NCBI GenBank assembly: GCA_048013815.1
Contig: CM106586.1
Coordinates: 6,758,001 to 6,822,000 of the forward strand
DNA from: Setoptus koraiensis
Taxonomy: Eukaryota; Animalia; Arthropoda
Direction: 5' to 3'
Length of the DNA stretch: 64,000 nucleotides
Under the pieces are notes generated by a model. That model ran no database searches and was not told the origin of the DNA. It worked only from the letters and a program-made list of their open reading frames with translations. A program made the position numbers and the translations under genes. This document shows positions 38,390 to 49,357 of the stretch, one piece after another (position 1 is the stretch's first letter; each line of letters starts with the position of its first letter).

Positions 38390-39784
38390 ACAGTGTCAGC
38401 AGGCAGGTAAAGCAGCGAAATAAATCGCCTGCTCACAATCAGTTAGTGGTGCAAACAATCAGGTTGTCAGCGTCGTTGAGCTCAGGTGAGAGTTGCCAGA
38501 CAAACAGACTCGGTGTCGGTGTTCGCGCCGCATTGTGGCCCGGCATTCCTGGCGCTGTTGTTCCAATTCATTATTGTCGTTGTTGGCTGGTTGTTGTTGG
38601 CCGATCCACAAAGGCCCGCGAACGGCCACGAAAGCGGAGGCTTATTGTTTGGACTCGCTGGCCTCGCAGCAGCGGGTGCATCTGTCGCAAATCCCTGCTC
38701 GTGCACATGTTTCGCTGCCACTGGCTACGCACTGTCCATTCATTCAGGTGAGTTTGCACCGCGCGAGAACTGCGACACCGATTCGCTGTCGCAAGCTGAC
38801 ACGGGCACGAGCACAAAAAACGCTCACTGTGCTCCATTTATCCATTTGCTGCACACACACACACACACGTTTTAACGCTTATCCATTTATTGGGCCGTCC
38901 ATCCATCTATTTATCATTATATGTCCATTTAGTAGAGGCATGCCAGCCCGGCAGTCTGACACGCTGGCCCGCGATCCATTGATCGCATTGATGGCAACTT
39001 GTTGCCCTCGCTGCCCGCGACTCGAGTCCCAACTCGAGTCGCGCCGCAGCCGGTGCGCGCAGCTACCTACGGCTACCTGCGAACGGCCAACGAGCGAGCG
39101 AACGAGCGACCGACCGGCGATCGTTGGTGTGAAAACACGCATTTCTTCACGTGCTGGCCGGCTTTGTTGGCGCTGTGCACACTTGATGGCATCAAGTTGA
39201 TACTGGCCGGCCCCATGATGCGCCGGCCCGTGGTGCGCTCTGTCGCAGCGCGCACAAACACCGGAACACGTCCACTGACCGTTACTTGTTGCTCTCGTTA
39301 CCTGGCCGATCACGGGCTCACCGGCTCACCGGCTCACCGGCTCATGGGCTCACTTGGCTCGGCCAAGTTGGCTGTGACATGCTTATTGAACTGCTAAAAA
39401 GAAGGTAAACGCTGCGCACACATTGTTGTGCGCGATTCAATTCAATTTGATTCTTCTCGTTTATTCTTTTATGTTCTTTTTGTCAATTCTTGTCCGTGTT
39501 TCTTTCTCTCGCGCTGGCACTCGCATCACGATGACCAACGGCCAGCAGTGATATACTTGCACCACGGTGCACGGTGCACGTTGCTAAAAAACTTGTCAGC
39601 TCGCCTGTCGCTGCGCTCAGGTGATCCGAGCCAGGCAAACAAACACACACACGCACACACACACAATGATAACAAAGGAACCATTCAGACAAAAATCACA
39701 GTTAGATGTTTATTTAGTGTTGTTTTGTTGGCCGGTGCACCGGTTGCTGCACCGTGTCACATCATTTACTCGCTGCACCAGTGG

Positions 39785-39924
39785 CATATGCACCGTGCAT
39801 ATGCACGGGCAGCGCCAACGACCCCAGCACCATTTTATATCAGCAGCCAGGCACCACATATATATTTTGCAAATTGTCAGCCATATGCCAACTCACAATG
39901 TCAGCACACTGTGGTGCGCATATG
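39785..39924. promoter_or_regulatory. Cluster of four CATATG E-boxes (candidate Twist-type bHLH enhancer)
   Basis: CATATG at 39785, 39798, 39882 and 39919, 3.7 kb upstream of the snail copy 1 ATG. Confidence 0.4.
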
Positions 39925-40419
39925 CAGTCGATATGCACACCATATCGAGGTTGCACCGCACCACCGTGCACACCTCGATATGGTAGCCAGTTCCGACGGG
40001 CCATTGCGGCGCACCGACCTGCACCGATCGGCACCAACTGCGTGCACCGGCCGGCGGCAGCAGCTGACAGCGTGGCAGCTCCTCTTTCGCACCACCTGCA
40101 CCCTCGCTGCCGGGCCTCGTTGCAATGGGTTGCCGGTTGGCAGTCGCCGGTTGCCGGTTGGCAGTTGCAGGCGTCGGGCGTGCTGTCGGAGCGGCGCAAA
40201 TCGGCCAACAGCGACCGAGCGGCGACAACCGCGCCGAAGAATCGACGCAGCGCCGACAGCACCTAGCGGCCTGCCAATAATATTGGCCCAATAGCAGCCT
40301 GCCAGTCACTGGCAGCTAGTGGCAGCCGACACTGGTGCGCTCGGTGCGTGCACCGAGTTGCACCAGTTGTCACCGTGCGAGCGTGGTGGTGTCATCGCGC
40401 TCGTTTGCGACCATACTAT

Positions 40420-40770
40420 GGTCACCATAGATCGCCGTGAATTTGCGCAACTCCGGCCCGGTAAACCCGATTCCGACGGGGAGCCATTTGCGACCAACGA
40501 TTTGTCGATCAAACTCTTGAATGGCCTTGTGTTTTCCATTGAATGCGATTTGTTTCGTTGCAAGCGTCCGGCCCGACAGGTAGATCGATGGTCGTGGCTG
40601 CGACCAGCGATCGCGACAGTGGCGCCAATGGCGCTAGTGGCAACGTCCATCAGTTCAATCCGTCTGGTTTCAACAGGTCGCCCAGTGACGGCGAACGAGG
40701 CTCTCGATTCAGTTCGCCGACACCAAACCAAATAATCGTATCGAGCAGAACAATGATAAATAACAGATTT
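40420..40770 (+). pseudogene. Decayed inverted copy of an internal neurobeachin segment
   Basis: Aligns to the reverse complement of ~59925-60270. IKLLNGLVFSIECDLF versus IKLLNDLMFSIECDLF; DSGANGASGNVHQFNPSGFNRS versus DSGANRVSGNIYQFNPSGFNRS; frameshifted. Confidence 0.92.
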
Positions 40771-42214
40771 ACCAGCAGCCTGCTACTGGCACCGCCAGTA
40801 ACAGGCGACAACTGGTGCGCTTGGTGCACGCATCGAGTGGTGCATGTGTCTGACACAACCTATGCCGCATGGGCTATGCGCCACACTGTACTACTAGTAG
40901 TGGGCCCTGCCGGTGCACGGGTGCGCGCAACAAGCGGCATATGGCACTAGGTGCGCTCGCGGTGCTCAAGTGCACACGGGCCGGTTTTGCATGCCACTTT
41001 TGTCGATCTTTATCTCACTATATTTCGCGGCCTCACTATGATTCTTGGCCGGGCCGGCACCCAGCGGCCCCGCGAGCACGTATTGTTGCGCGTCGCTCGC
41101 TACTGGTTGCTCTGTCGACGCCAGAGTCTGTTGGTGCTGCCGCTGCTGCACCATGTTGTCCGACTGATTCATTCGCAATGAACGATGATGGTGCAGCAAC
41201 TGGTGGTGCGCATATGGCAACTCCGCACCCAGCTGCCGACAAACACGCAAAGGCCGCGACACACATGCGCGTCGAGAGGGGTGCACCGTGCACCAAACAA
41301 TTGTGCCATCGGTGTGCACAGGTTGTGGACAGTTTGCGCGCACAGTGTGATAAAAAGTGTCTTTTTGTCAAAAAGTGTGGCACACTGGCGCGGACAGAGA
41401 GTGGGCACAATTGACACAATGCCACTGCGACAATGGGCCCGTGTTTGCGAACACTGTTGGCCGAACACTGTCAGCAGTGTCGGCAGAATCGGCAGTGTCG
41501 GCAGTGTGGCCGGAGTAGCCAAAGTGGCCTGCGAGCAGACGACACACGGAGCAGAGAGCGACGAATCGATCGATTACTGTGCCAGCAGACGAGCGCGTCA
41601 GCGAGCAACAAAACTGCACACGCACCGTTCACCTGGCCGGTTGTTGCCAGGTGAACAAGAACAATTGTCGCCGTTGTCGCTGGCCTGGTGCTGGTGCGTC
41701 CGACAAACGCCGCCGCCCACGACACACGCTCCGAGCGTCGCCGTGTCACATGGTGCTGCTGTTGTTGTCGTTGTTGCTGTCGTTGTTGCTGTTGCTGTCG
41801 TTGTTGCTGCTGCTGTCGTCTGTGTCGACAGAGCAACATGTGGCATTGGACGCCAGTGATTGGAGGAAGCCTCGCCGCGTCGCTAAACGAAATTGCAATT
41901 GCACGCGGGGCCCGCTGCAATTTGTGACGCTGCGCTCGGTGCACGCCGCAGCGCACGGCCGGAGTGTGCTGCATCGCTGCATTGGCTGCTGTGCACCAGT
42001 CGGGCACAGCGGCTCTGTTGCGCGAGTTGCATAATTACACTAGTGCGAGTCGAGTAATAGCCGATAGCAGTTGAACTTGTTGTTGCAGTTGCAGTAGCAC
42101 TTGTTGTTGACTAGTGTGCCGCAGCAGCACTTGCACTGCATGCAGCGCAATATAGTTTGTCGAGGGGCGCTGAACTTGAGCTCGCAACAACGACAGCAAC
42201 ATCAACTGCGACTG

Positions 42215-42215
42215 C

Positions 42216-42265
<50 letters not shown>
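42215..42265. repeat. (CAA)17 microsatellite
   Basis: Read directly; homologous position upstream of copy 2 at ~47900-47985. Confidence 0.95.
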
Positions 42266-43178
42266 CGACAGCAACTGCGACTGCAACAGGCCAACAGAGC
42301 GGGCAAACAATTGTGCAAATCCGACGCGGCGATAGATCGCGTATCAGAGCTGCTGCGGCGAGCAGTTGATCTGTTTTCGCGTTTCGGCGCGACCGAGCAC
42401 GCAGACAGTCGCAAAAGTGCACACAAACGAACGCAGGCTTAACATTTAACAATTGCAACGACTGGTCGTCGTCGTCGACGACGACGACGAGACGCTGCTC
42501 GACGGATAAAGCCAAGGCACCACAACAAGTGGAAGTTGAGCGTTCACGGTCACTGACTGCACTGCCGAGCACACACTGGACTGGCCGTCGGCCGGACTCG
42601 CCGACGTCGAGGTCGCCGTCGCGTAAACGTCGACAAGTGAACGTCGAGTGAACGTCGTCGACAAGCGAGAAAGACGCGAGAGGCGCCACTCGCAGCAGCC
42701 GACCAGGCGGCCGGGGGGCCTCGTCCGGCGACAAGTGATTGCCGCTGGCAAGTGCATGCGGCTGGGTGCACGCAACAGCCGGCCGAGGGGCACCGTTTGT
42801 TGGTCGCTGTTATCGCATTCCATTCTAACAGAGAGTTTCTGTTGCGCGTTTGGCCCTTTCGTTCGGGCACGCAGCTCAACAACCGGCAAACGCACAATTT
42901 GTGTGATACAACAACAAGTTGCGAGCGGACAAGTGCCACAACTCGCCGGGCCGGACCGCTCGGCCAACCAGCAGGCCAGTCCGGCCCGACAGGCCCGACA
43001 GGCAGTGAATGGGCGCCAAGGGCTACTTGTTGGCAGCTTCCATTGGCAGCTTGTTCGCCTCGAAAGTTGAGACGAGTAGAAACGACCCGACAGTCCAACG
43101 CGATTTGCCATTTCTGGTGCACCCTGTACGCCGGTGTTGTGCGCACAGTGGGTACGGTACAGGGCGTACCTGTTGTGC

Positions 43179-43207
43179 CAGGTATTATACCTGAGGTATA
43201 ATACCTG
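43179..43207. promoter_or_regulatory. Perfect 29-bp palindrome built from CAGGTA/TACCTG sites in the snail copy 1 promoter region
   Basis: caggtattatacct g aggtataatacctg, ~420 bp upstream of the ATG. Confidence 0.4.
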
Positions 43208-43390
43208 TGCACACTGGCAAAATGTGCAAATGTCAATATAGATTGTGCCTAATACCGCGTGCGCATGCGCCGCATTTGGTGTCCGGCACAGTGCGACGAA
43301 TGCGCCCATTGCGCATGTGTGCGTTTGGCTGTTGTTGGCTGCTGTTGACTGTTGTTGGCTGTTGTTGGCTGTTGTTGGCCGCTGTTGGTA

Positions 43391-43404
43391 TCAGTCGATC
43401 AGTT
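43391..43404 (+). promoter_or_regulatory. Candidate arthropod Initiator elements (TCAGTC, TCAGTT) for snail copy 1
   Basis: Two TCAKTY-type matches ~225 bp upstream of the ATG; no TATA or DPE seen. Confidence 0.3.
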
Positions 43405-43623
43405 GCCAGTTTGGGTGAATTGAGCAAACGCAAACAACATTTCGTCATTTCACGATTGCATCTCGACCCGTGAACGTCGCAATCACAATCCCGCAAACAA
43501 TTGTTGATTCACCAATTCGCCAGCAACAACGCAACAACCGCAACAACCGCAACAACCGCAACCACCGCAACAGCAGCAACAACAGCAACAACCGCAGCAA
43601 CAACAAACTTCAAACAACAAACC

Positions 43624-44184
43624 ATGCTTCTGTCCTATCTAGCCAAGCTATACAATGGCGCGCACCAAACCGGCCAGGGCAACATTGAACACCAGGCGGC
43701 CCTCATTGAGACGCTGCGACAACAACTGGCCACCCAACAATTGGCCCCCGTGGGCGGCAACTCGGACGAGCAACCCTTCGACCTGAGCATCAAGTCCACC
43801 TCGAGCTCCTCAATGGGCACCATGAGCAGCAACAGCAACAACAACAACAGCATCAGCGACGGCGGTTCCATATCAGTCAAATTAGACCTAATGCTCGACG
43901 ACAGCCAGCAGCACACCAACAACCCCATCATGTTGAGCGCCTCGTCGCCCTCACTCAAGTCGCCTAAACGATATCTCATCGATCGTTACATCCAACAATC
44001 AATGCAACATCATCATCAACCACAACAACAACAACAACAACAACAATCGCCACTGCACCAAAGCCAAGCCAACAACAATCATCATCACGTTGGCCAACAG
44101 CCACTACAGAACATATCACAACAGTCGAACAATATGGTTGTCAATGTTAATCTAATGCAACAATATCAATTGCAGCTCCAACAA

Positions 44185-44215
<31 letters not shown>

Positions 44216-45057
44216 AGCAACACGATCAATATCTGGCCGCTCAGACGTTGCAACATCTACAACAGGGCAAATTAACATCGTCGCCATACAACAATCATCA
44301 TCACAATTCCACATCGCCACAAACAAACCCAATTCAATTGCACCATCGCCAGCCAGAAGCCAAAATAGCTTTAGATGATCTGTTGCTCAAGCAACAACAC
44401 CACCACCAACTTCAACAACATATTCAGGAGCAGCTTAGATTGCACAAGAAACAGCACCATCTTGAAATGGACGATGATCTAATATCGGGCGACGACGACG
44501 ACGACTTGGACTTGGACGACGAAGAGGACGACGACGCCTTCGATATATCATCTAGCGAATCGTGTCACAGCCACCATCATCACGAGAACAACGATGACAA
44601 TATGCATATTCATAAGCAGCATAAATGTAGTCGCAAAACAAAAAAAGTCAATCATCATCACAGCGATCAAATGAAACAAGCCACCCACAAGCCTCAACCA
44701 TTCAAAGTTATTAGAGATGATGACAACAATTTCTGTTGTCAATATTGTGCCAAAAAATACACATCCGTAGGTGCATTAAAGATGCATATAAAAACACACA
44801 CCCTGCCATGCCAATGTCCCACTTGTGGCAAACAATTTTCCAGACCCTGGCTATTGCAAGGACACATTAGGACACACACCGGAGAGAAGCCATACAAATG
44901 TAATATCTGCGATAGAGCCTTTGCGGATAGATCCAATCTCAGGGCTCATCTACAAACGCATGCCCAAGTTAAAAAGTACTCTTGTAAATGTTGTTCAAAA
45001 ACATTCTCCCGTGCCTCATTATTATCCAAACATGAGGAACATTGCACTGTGAAATAA
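43624..45057 (+). CDS. snail: Snail-family C2H2 zinc-finger transcription factor, copy 1 (477 aa, intronless)
   Basis: First ATG of the ORF is at 43624 ([10 protein letters not shown]). Four C-terminal fingers carry the diagnostic [49 protein letters not shown] and KTFSRASLL. CtBP-type motif PFDLSIK; poly-Q/H/D tracts. Family is certain; orthology within snail/escargot/worniu is not assigned. Confidence 0.95.
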
Positions 45058-45084
45058 CTGCAATGACACCATCGGGACCTGTTT

Positions 45085-45262
45085 GACATTGTCTATGTAT
45101 TTGTACATATTTATATTTATATATAAAAAATATTTATTTATTATTATACAATACACTTTATTATTGCACATTACCATTACTTTTCCTTCTGGGCATAAAA
45201 TCTAATAACATTTCTTTCGTTGCATGATACATCATAGATCTTCTGTCGGCATTCACAGTGTT
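45085..45262 (+). repeat. Snail copy 1 3' flank, homologous to 49061-49239
   Basis: Shared AT-rich tract, then a ~65-nt block with 3 mismatches (aaatctaataacatttct.tcgttgcatgatacatcatagatcttctg.cggcattc.cagtgtt). Confidence 0.9.
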
Positions 45263-46267
45263 AGCAACATACCTTGTCTTCGCTTTTCAGTAATACTTAA
45301 TCGAGTTGTGACTTGGGGCTTTCCGTTTCGGCACCTTATCGCATGGCCCACAGATAAAGGGGTTGATCTACCTGTCGCAAGTTGGATTATGCCACTGTGA
45401 TTTTTTGCCATGTTGGTATCGATTTCGCTATTGTTTTATTGATATACTGGACGAGAACTCGTTGCTGAGACTTTGAGACAAGATTGTTGGCAGTTGCCTC
45501 GAATGCATACAGAAAGTTATGAGAGCCGCACTCACCAAATTAGGACTGTTCCTTTTCGCCTCTCAATGTCAGGATTCTTCATCATTGAGATGGGAAGAGA
45601 GGGAAAATCTTATGATTTCAGTTTGTGATAAATGAAGATAGCTTATCTGATTACAACATGCCGGGTACCAATCACTATATGTGAACATTGAATGTGATCT
45701 TATGGAATATCATGCTTTATGCTCAAAAGCTATGAAAAGCTGGTGTTGAATATCACAACTATATAGATCGAACCAACTGCGAATGCCGTATACCCAATTC
45801 AGGGTTCGAAAGCTGTTTGAACTGATTTCCACACTAAAACCATGGTGCGAACAACAACAAAAATTGATAAAGTTGATCTTGTTTACCTAATTAGGAAGCC
45901 TGTAACTTTTGGACAACTGTATTCTTCATCAGTTCTAAGTGTCCAGCATAATCAATGGCCCTTTCATGAGTAGAGTATAGAGATCGTCAATCACACAATT
46001 GGCTAGTTTGTACTTTGTATCTGTGTGGATATATTGGTTTGCGTTGGGATTGCCTTCGATGGTCGATAACTTACTCTGTAAGAGATCGCTCATGTGATAT
46101 TTTGATTTGCGCTGATATATGAGCAAAGTAGCGCACAGTATATGAGCTGATAAGCAGTTTAAATGCTGACACAATCCAAGAAGACGCCAATTACAATGTA
46201 ATGTAATGTAACGAATATGTAGTGGACAGCTTGTCGACATCACTCATGATATATGTTGACTGAAATG

Positions 46268-46355
46268 CACGCCAGCAGTGTGGCGACGCTGGTCGGGCAC
46301 GCTGGCAAATGCACGATCTTGCAAATCATATCATACAGAATGATGATATGATTTG
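46268..46355 (+). pseudogene. Possible further-decayed copy of the end of the 40.4-kb neurobeachin fragment
   Basis: cgccagcagtgtggcgacg...caaatcatatcatacagaatgatgata resembles 40678-40760 and gene caaatggatcatatcttgcagaacaatgata. Confidence 0.35.
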
Positions 46356-48213
46356 TAATATTTTGCCGGATGAATTGGCATCGGAAGAGCGCACAATGGA
46401 CGCCACTAATGAAAGCGCTCGATGTATCGGCGCTAACAAATGGTCGGTGCCGGTGTTGCTGCTACCTGCTCGTGGTGGTTGTTGCTGTCGCTGTTGTCGA
46501 CTGGCAGTGGTGCCAGCAGTGATAGTAGTGGTGGTTGTGGTGGTTGTGGTGGTAGTAGTGGTGTTAGTGGTAGAAGTAGCGGTGGTAGTAGGAGGAGGAG
46601 GAGCGTCCACTTCCGACTTTCCGGTTCACACGGTGCAGCGCAGCGTCGATGGCGCTGCGCGTACCAACAGAGCGCAAACTGACCACTGAGCGGCGACGAT
46701 CAACTTTTGGCCAACTTTTGATAAGTATCACAATTACTGCTATTAGTATCACTGGCCACCGCTGCCGGTGCACCGATTCACCGATGCACCGCGACCAACC
46801 TGCCGCACCAACCTGCTGCACCAACCTGGCGCACAGTTGATGCGCGCAGTTGTTGTTTGTGTTTGTTGTGTGTTTGCTTGGCCGGCCTGGCACCGGCCAG
46901 TTGCACACCGTGTTGGCCGAGGGCGCCTTTTGGTCGCTATGTCAGCTGACTTTTGCCACTCGCGGCGCAGTGTCGCTGCCAGCGCCTCGGCCGTACAGGT
47001 AGGCGCACAGGTAAACAACCAAACAACCAGGGCGCAGGCAAAGGCAGACGCTCAGGTGAAGCGCGTTGTTGCAACAGGTGCACCTTGATTAGCATCTTTG
47101 ATCTGCTGGCTCTGATCCAAAAACAGCCACTGTGCGTGTGTGTGTGTCAGGCTCATTATCGCCCGCGAGCAGGGCACGCTTCTCTGGCTGTTTGTCCGCA
47201 ACTTGCCCCTCCATCACAATCTCATGATCAGATGCGACTCGTCTGCAGGTTGCTGCAGCAAGCACCAAGCAGATACGCTGGTGCAACCTGCAGACGATGC
47301 ATGCAGACGATGCATGCAGACGAGATGCAAACAAGGTGCATGCAGCGGCAGCATCTGCTGCAGCCGGCCTGCAGCCAGCAGCACGTGCACCATTTTAGTG
47401 GCTGCGGCGCTGCCCGATGATGCCGACCGGTGAGCCTTGCTGCTGGCTTTGCAACCGCTGCAAAGCCATTGGACAGGTGCGACACGGCTCGTCGCACACA
47501 ATGGCCGACACAGTGTGCACCTTTGTATTTTTGTGTTGTTTGTTGCTGGTCCATTAGCATTGGCTCAGTGGCTTGTCAGTGTCAGTGGTGCAGCTTGTGT
47601 GTCGCTTGTGGCCGCAAGCGAAAAGTCTCTCGCCCGCGCTTCCACTGCCCCACACAAAAGTGCCTACTCACACTTGAACTGGTGCCTACCACCAATTTAA
47701 GCCGCTGCCTAAATTGCCCGTGCCGCCTTGTGCTCACAGGTAATTTCCGCTCGATCGGGCCGGAGGCCCCGGCCCGCTGTGCACCACTTTGCACCGCTGT
47801 GCACCACTGTGCGCGACAAGCGAACACCAAGCGACAGACCGACCACAACACTATATTACACAATGATATAGATGTGCAATATAGTGTAGTGGCAACCAGT
47901 CAACAACGGCAGCAACAACAACAGCAACAACGACAGCAGCAGCAGCAGCAGCAACAACAACAACAGCAGCAGCAACAACAACAAACGATGCAGAGTGCGC
48001 CTGGTGCAGTATAGACTGCACCAGGCACCAGATGTAGCGCATGCGCATCGGGCATGTTTTGCTGCTGTTGACTGTTGGTGTGCGCATTGAATAACAAACA
48101 CAAACACAAACATTTCGTCATTTATCGATTGCATCTCGACCTGTGAACGTCCCAGTTACACTAATTCAACAACAACAACAACGACAACGACAACACCAAC
48201 AACAACAGCCACA

Positions 48214-49050
48214 ATGCTTCTCTCTTACCTTGCCAAACTATACGACTACACAAACAACATTGAACAACAGGCGGCCATCTTCGAGGCGCTACGTCAATTG
48301 GCCCATGTTAACGACAACAACATCGCCCTGGAGGAGCCGTTCGACTTGAGCGTCAAATCGAGCTCCGGCTCGTCGCTGAACAGCAGCCACAACAACAGCT
48401 CCGTTGGCGAGCTAAGCGCCTCACTAAAGTCACCCAAAAGATGTCTCATCGAACGCTACATTCAGCAACAACAATCGCCACAACCACTACACCCAAACCA
48501 AAGTAACAATATGGTTGTTAATCCAATGCAAGCATACGACTTGCAGCTACAACAACACCACCAACTTCAACACCACCACCACCACCACCACCAACTTCAA
48601 CAACATACCCAGCTCATGTTGAAACAGCACCATCTAATATCAGACGACGACGAGGAGGACGATCCAAAGAAACAGGCCACCCATAAGCATCAACCATTCA
48701 ATGTCATAAGAGATGATGACAACAATTTCTGTTGCTCATATTGTGCCAAGAAATACACATCTGTTGGTGCATTAAAGATGCATATAAAAACACACACCCT
48801 GCCATGCCAATGTCCCACTTGTGGCAAACAATTTTCCAGACCCTGGCTTTTGCAAGGACACATGAGGACACACACTGGAGAAAAGCCATACAAATGTAAT
48901 GTCTGCCATAGAGCCTTTGCGGATAGATCCAATCTCAGGGCTCATCTACAAACTCATGCCCAAGTTAAAAAGTATTCATGTAAATGTTGTTCAAAAACAT
49001 TCTCCCGTGCCTCATTATTATCCAAACATGAGGATCACTGTTTGAAATGA
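48214..49050 (+). CDS. snail: Snail-family C2H2 zinc-finger transcription factor, copy 2 (278 aa, intronless)
   Basis: Same N-terminus ([10 protein letters not shown]), PFDLSVK motif, and four fingers nearly identical to copy 1. Intact ORF. Confidence 0.95.
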   Translation: MLLSYLAKLYDYTNNIEQQAAIFEALRQLAHVNDNNIALEEPFDLSVKSSSGSSLNSSHNNSSVGELSASLKSPKRCLIERYIQQQQSPQPLHPNQSNNMVVNPMQAYDLQLQQHHQLQHHHHHHHQLQQHTQLMLKQHHLISDDDEEDDPKKQATHKHQPFNVIRDDDNNFCCSYCAKKYTSVGALKMHIKTHTLPCQCPTCGKQFSRPWLLQGHMRTHTGEKPYKCNVCHRAFADRSNLRAHLQTHAQVKKYSCKCCSKTFSRASLLSKHEDHCLK

Positions 49051-49357
49051 TGAGATGATCGACTTGTCTATGTACATATATATATATATATTTTTATATA
49101 AAGAGTATTTATTTATTATTATATTATACACTTTATTTTTGCACATTATTATTACTTTTCCTCTGGAAAGAAAAAAATCTAATAACATTTCTCTCGTTGC
49201 ATGATACATCATAGATCTTCTGACGGCATTCGCAGTGTTGCAAATGTTTGCGGTTTCCATTGAGGCGATCTTGGGATTCTACACCCCTCTTTGAGTCATT
49301 CATTGGACCATCATCATCTATATCGCCATTAACATCCTCGAAACACCAGAGGGGTTT

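Noticed and set aside
42101-42442. Poly-Q ORF as another snail N-terminal fragment
   Set aside because: Similarity is limited to CAA repeats; the homologous non-coding tract also exists upstream of copy 2.
45410-45500. MLVSISLLFY*YT...ETLRQ resembling the snail N-terminus
   Set aside because: Negligible nucleotide similarity, and the resemblance ends after ETLRQ.
49018-49260. 80-aa minus-strand ORF over the conserved snail 3' block
   Set aside because: No domain, and the corresponding frame in copy 1 is short and bounded by stops. Better explained as non-coding conservation.
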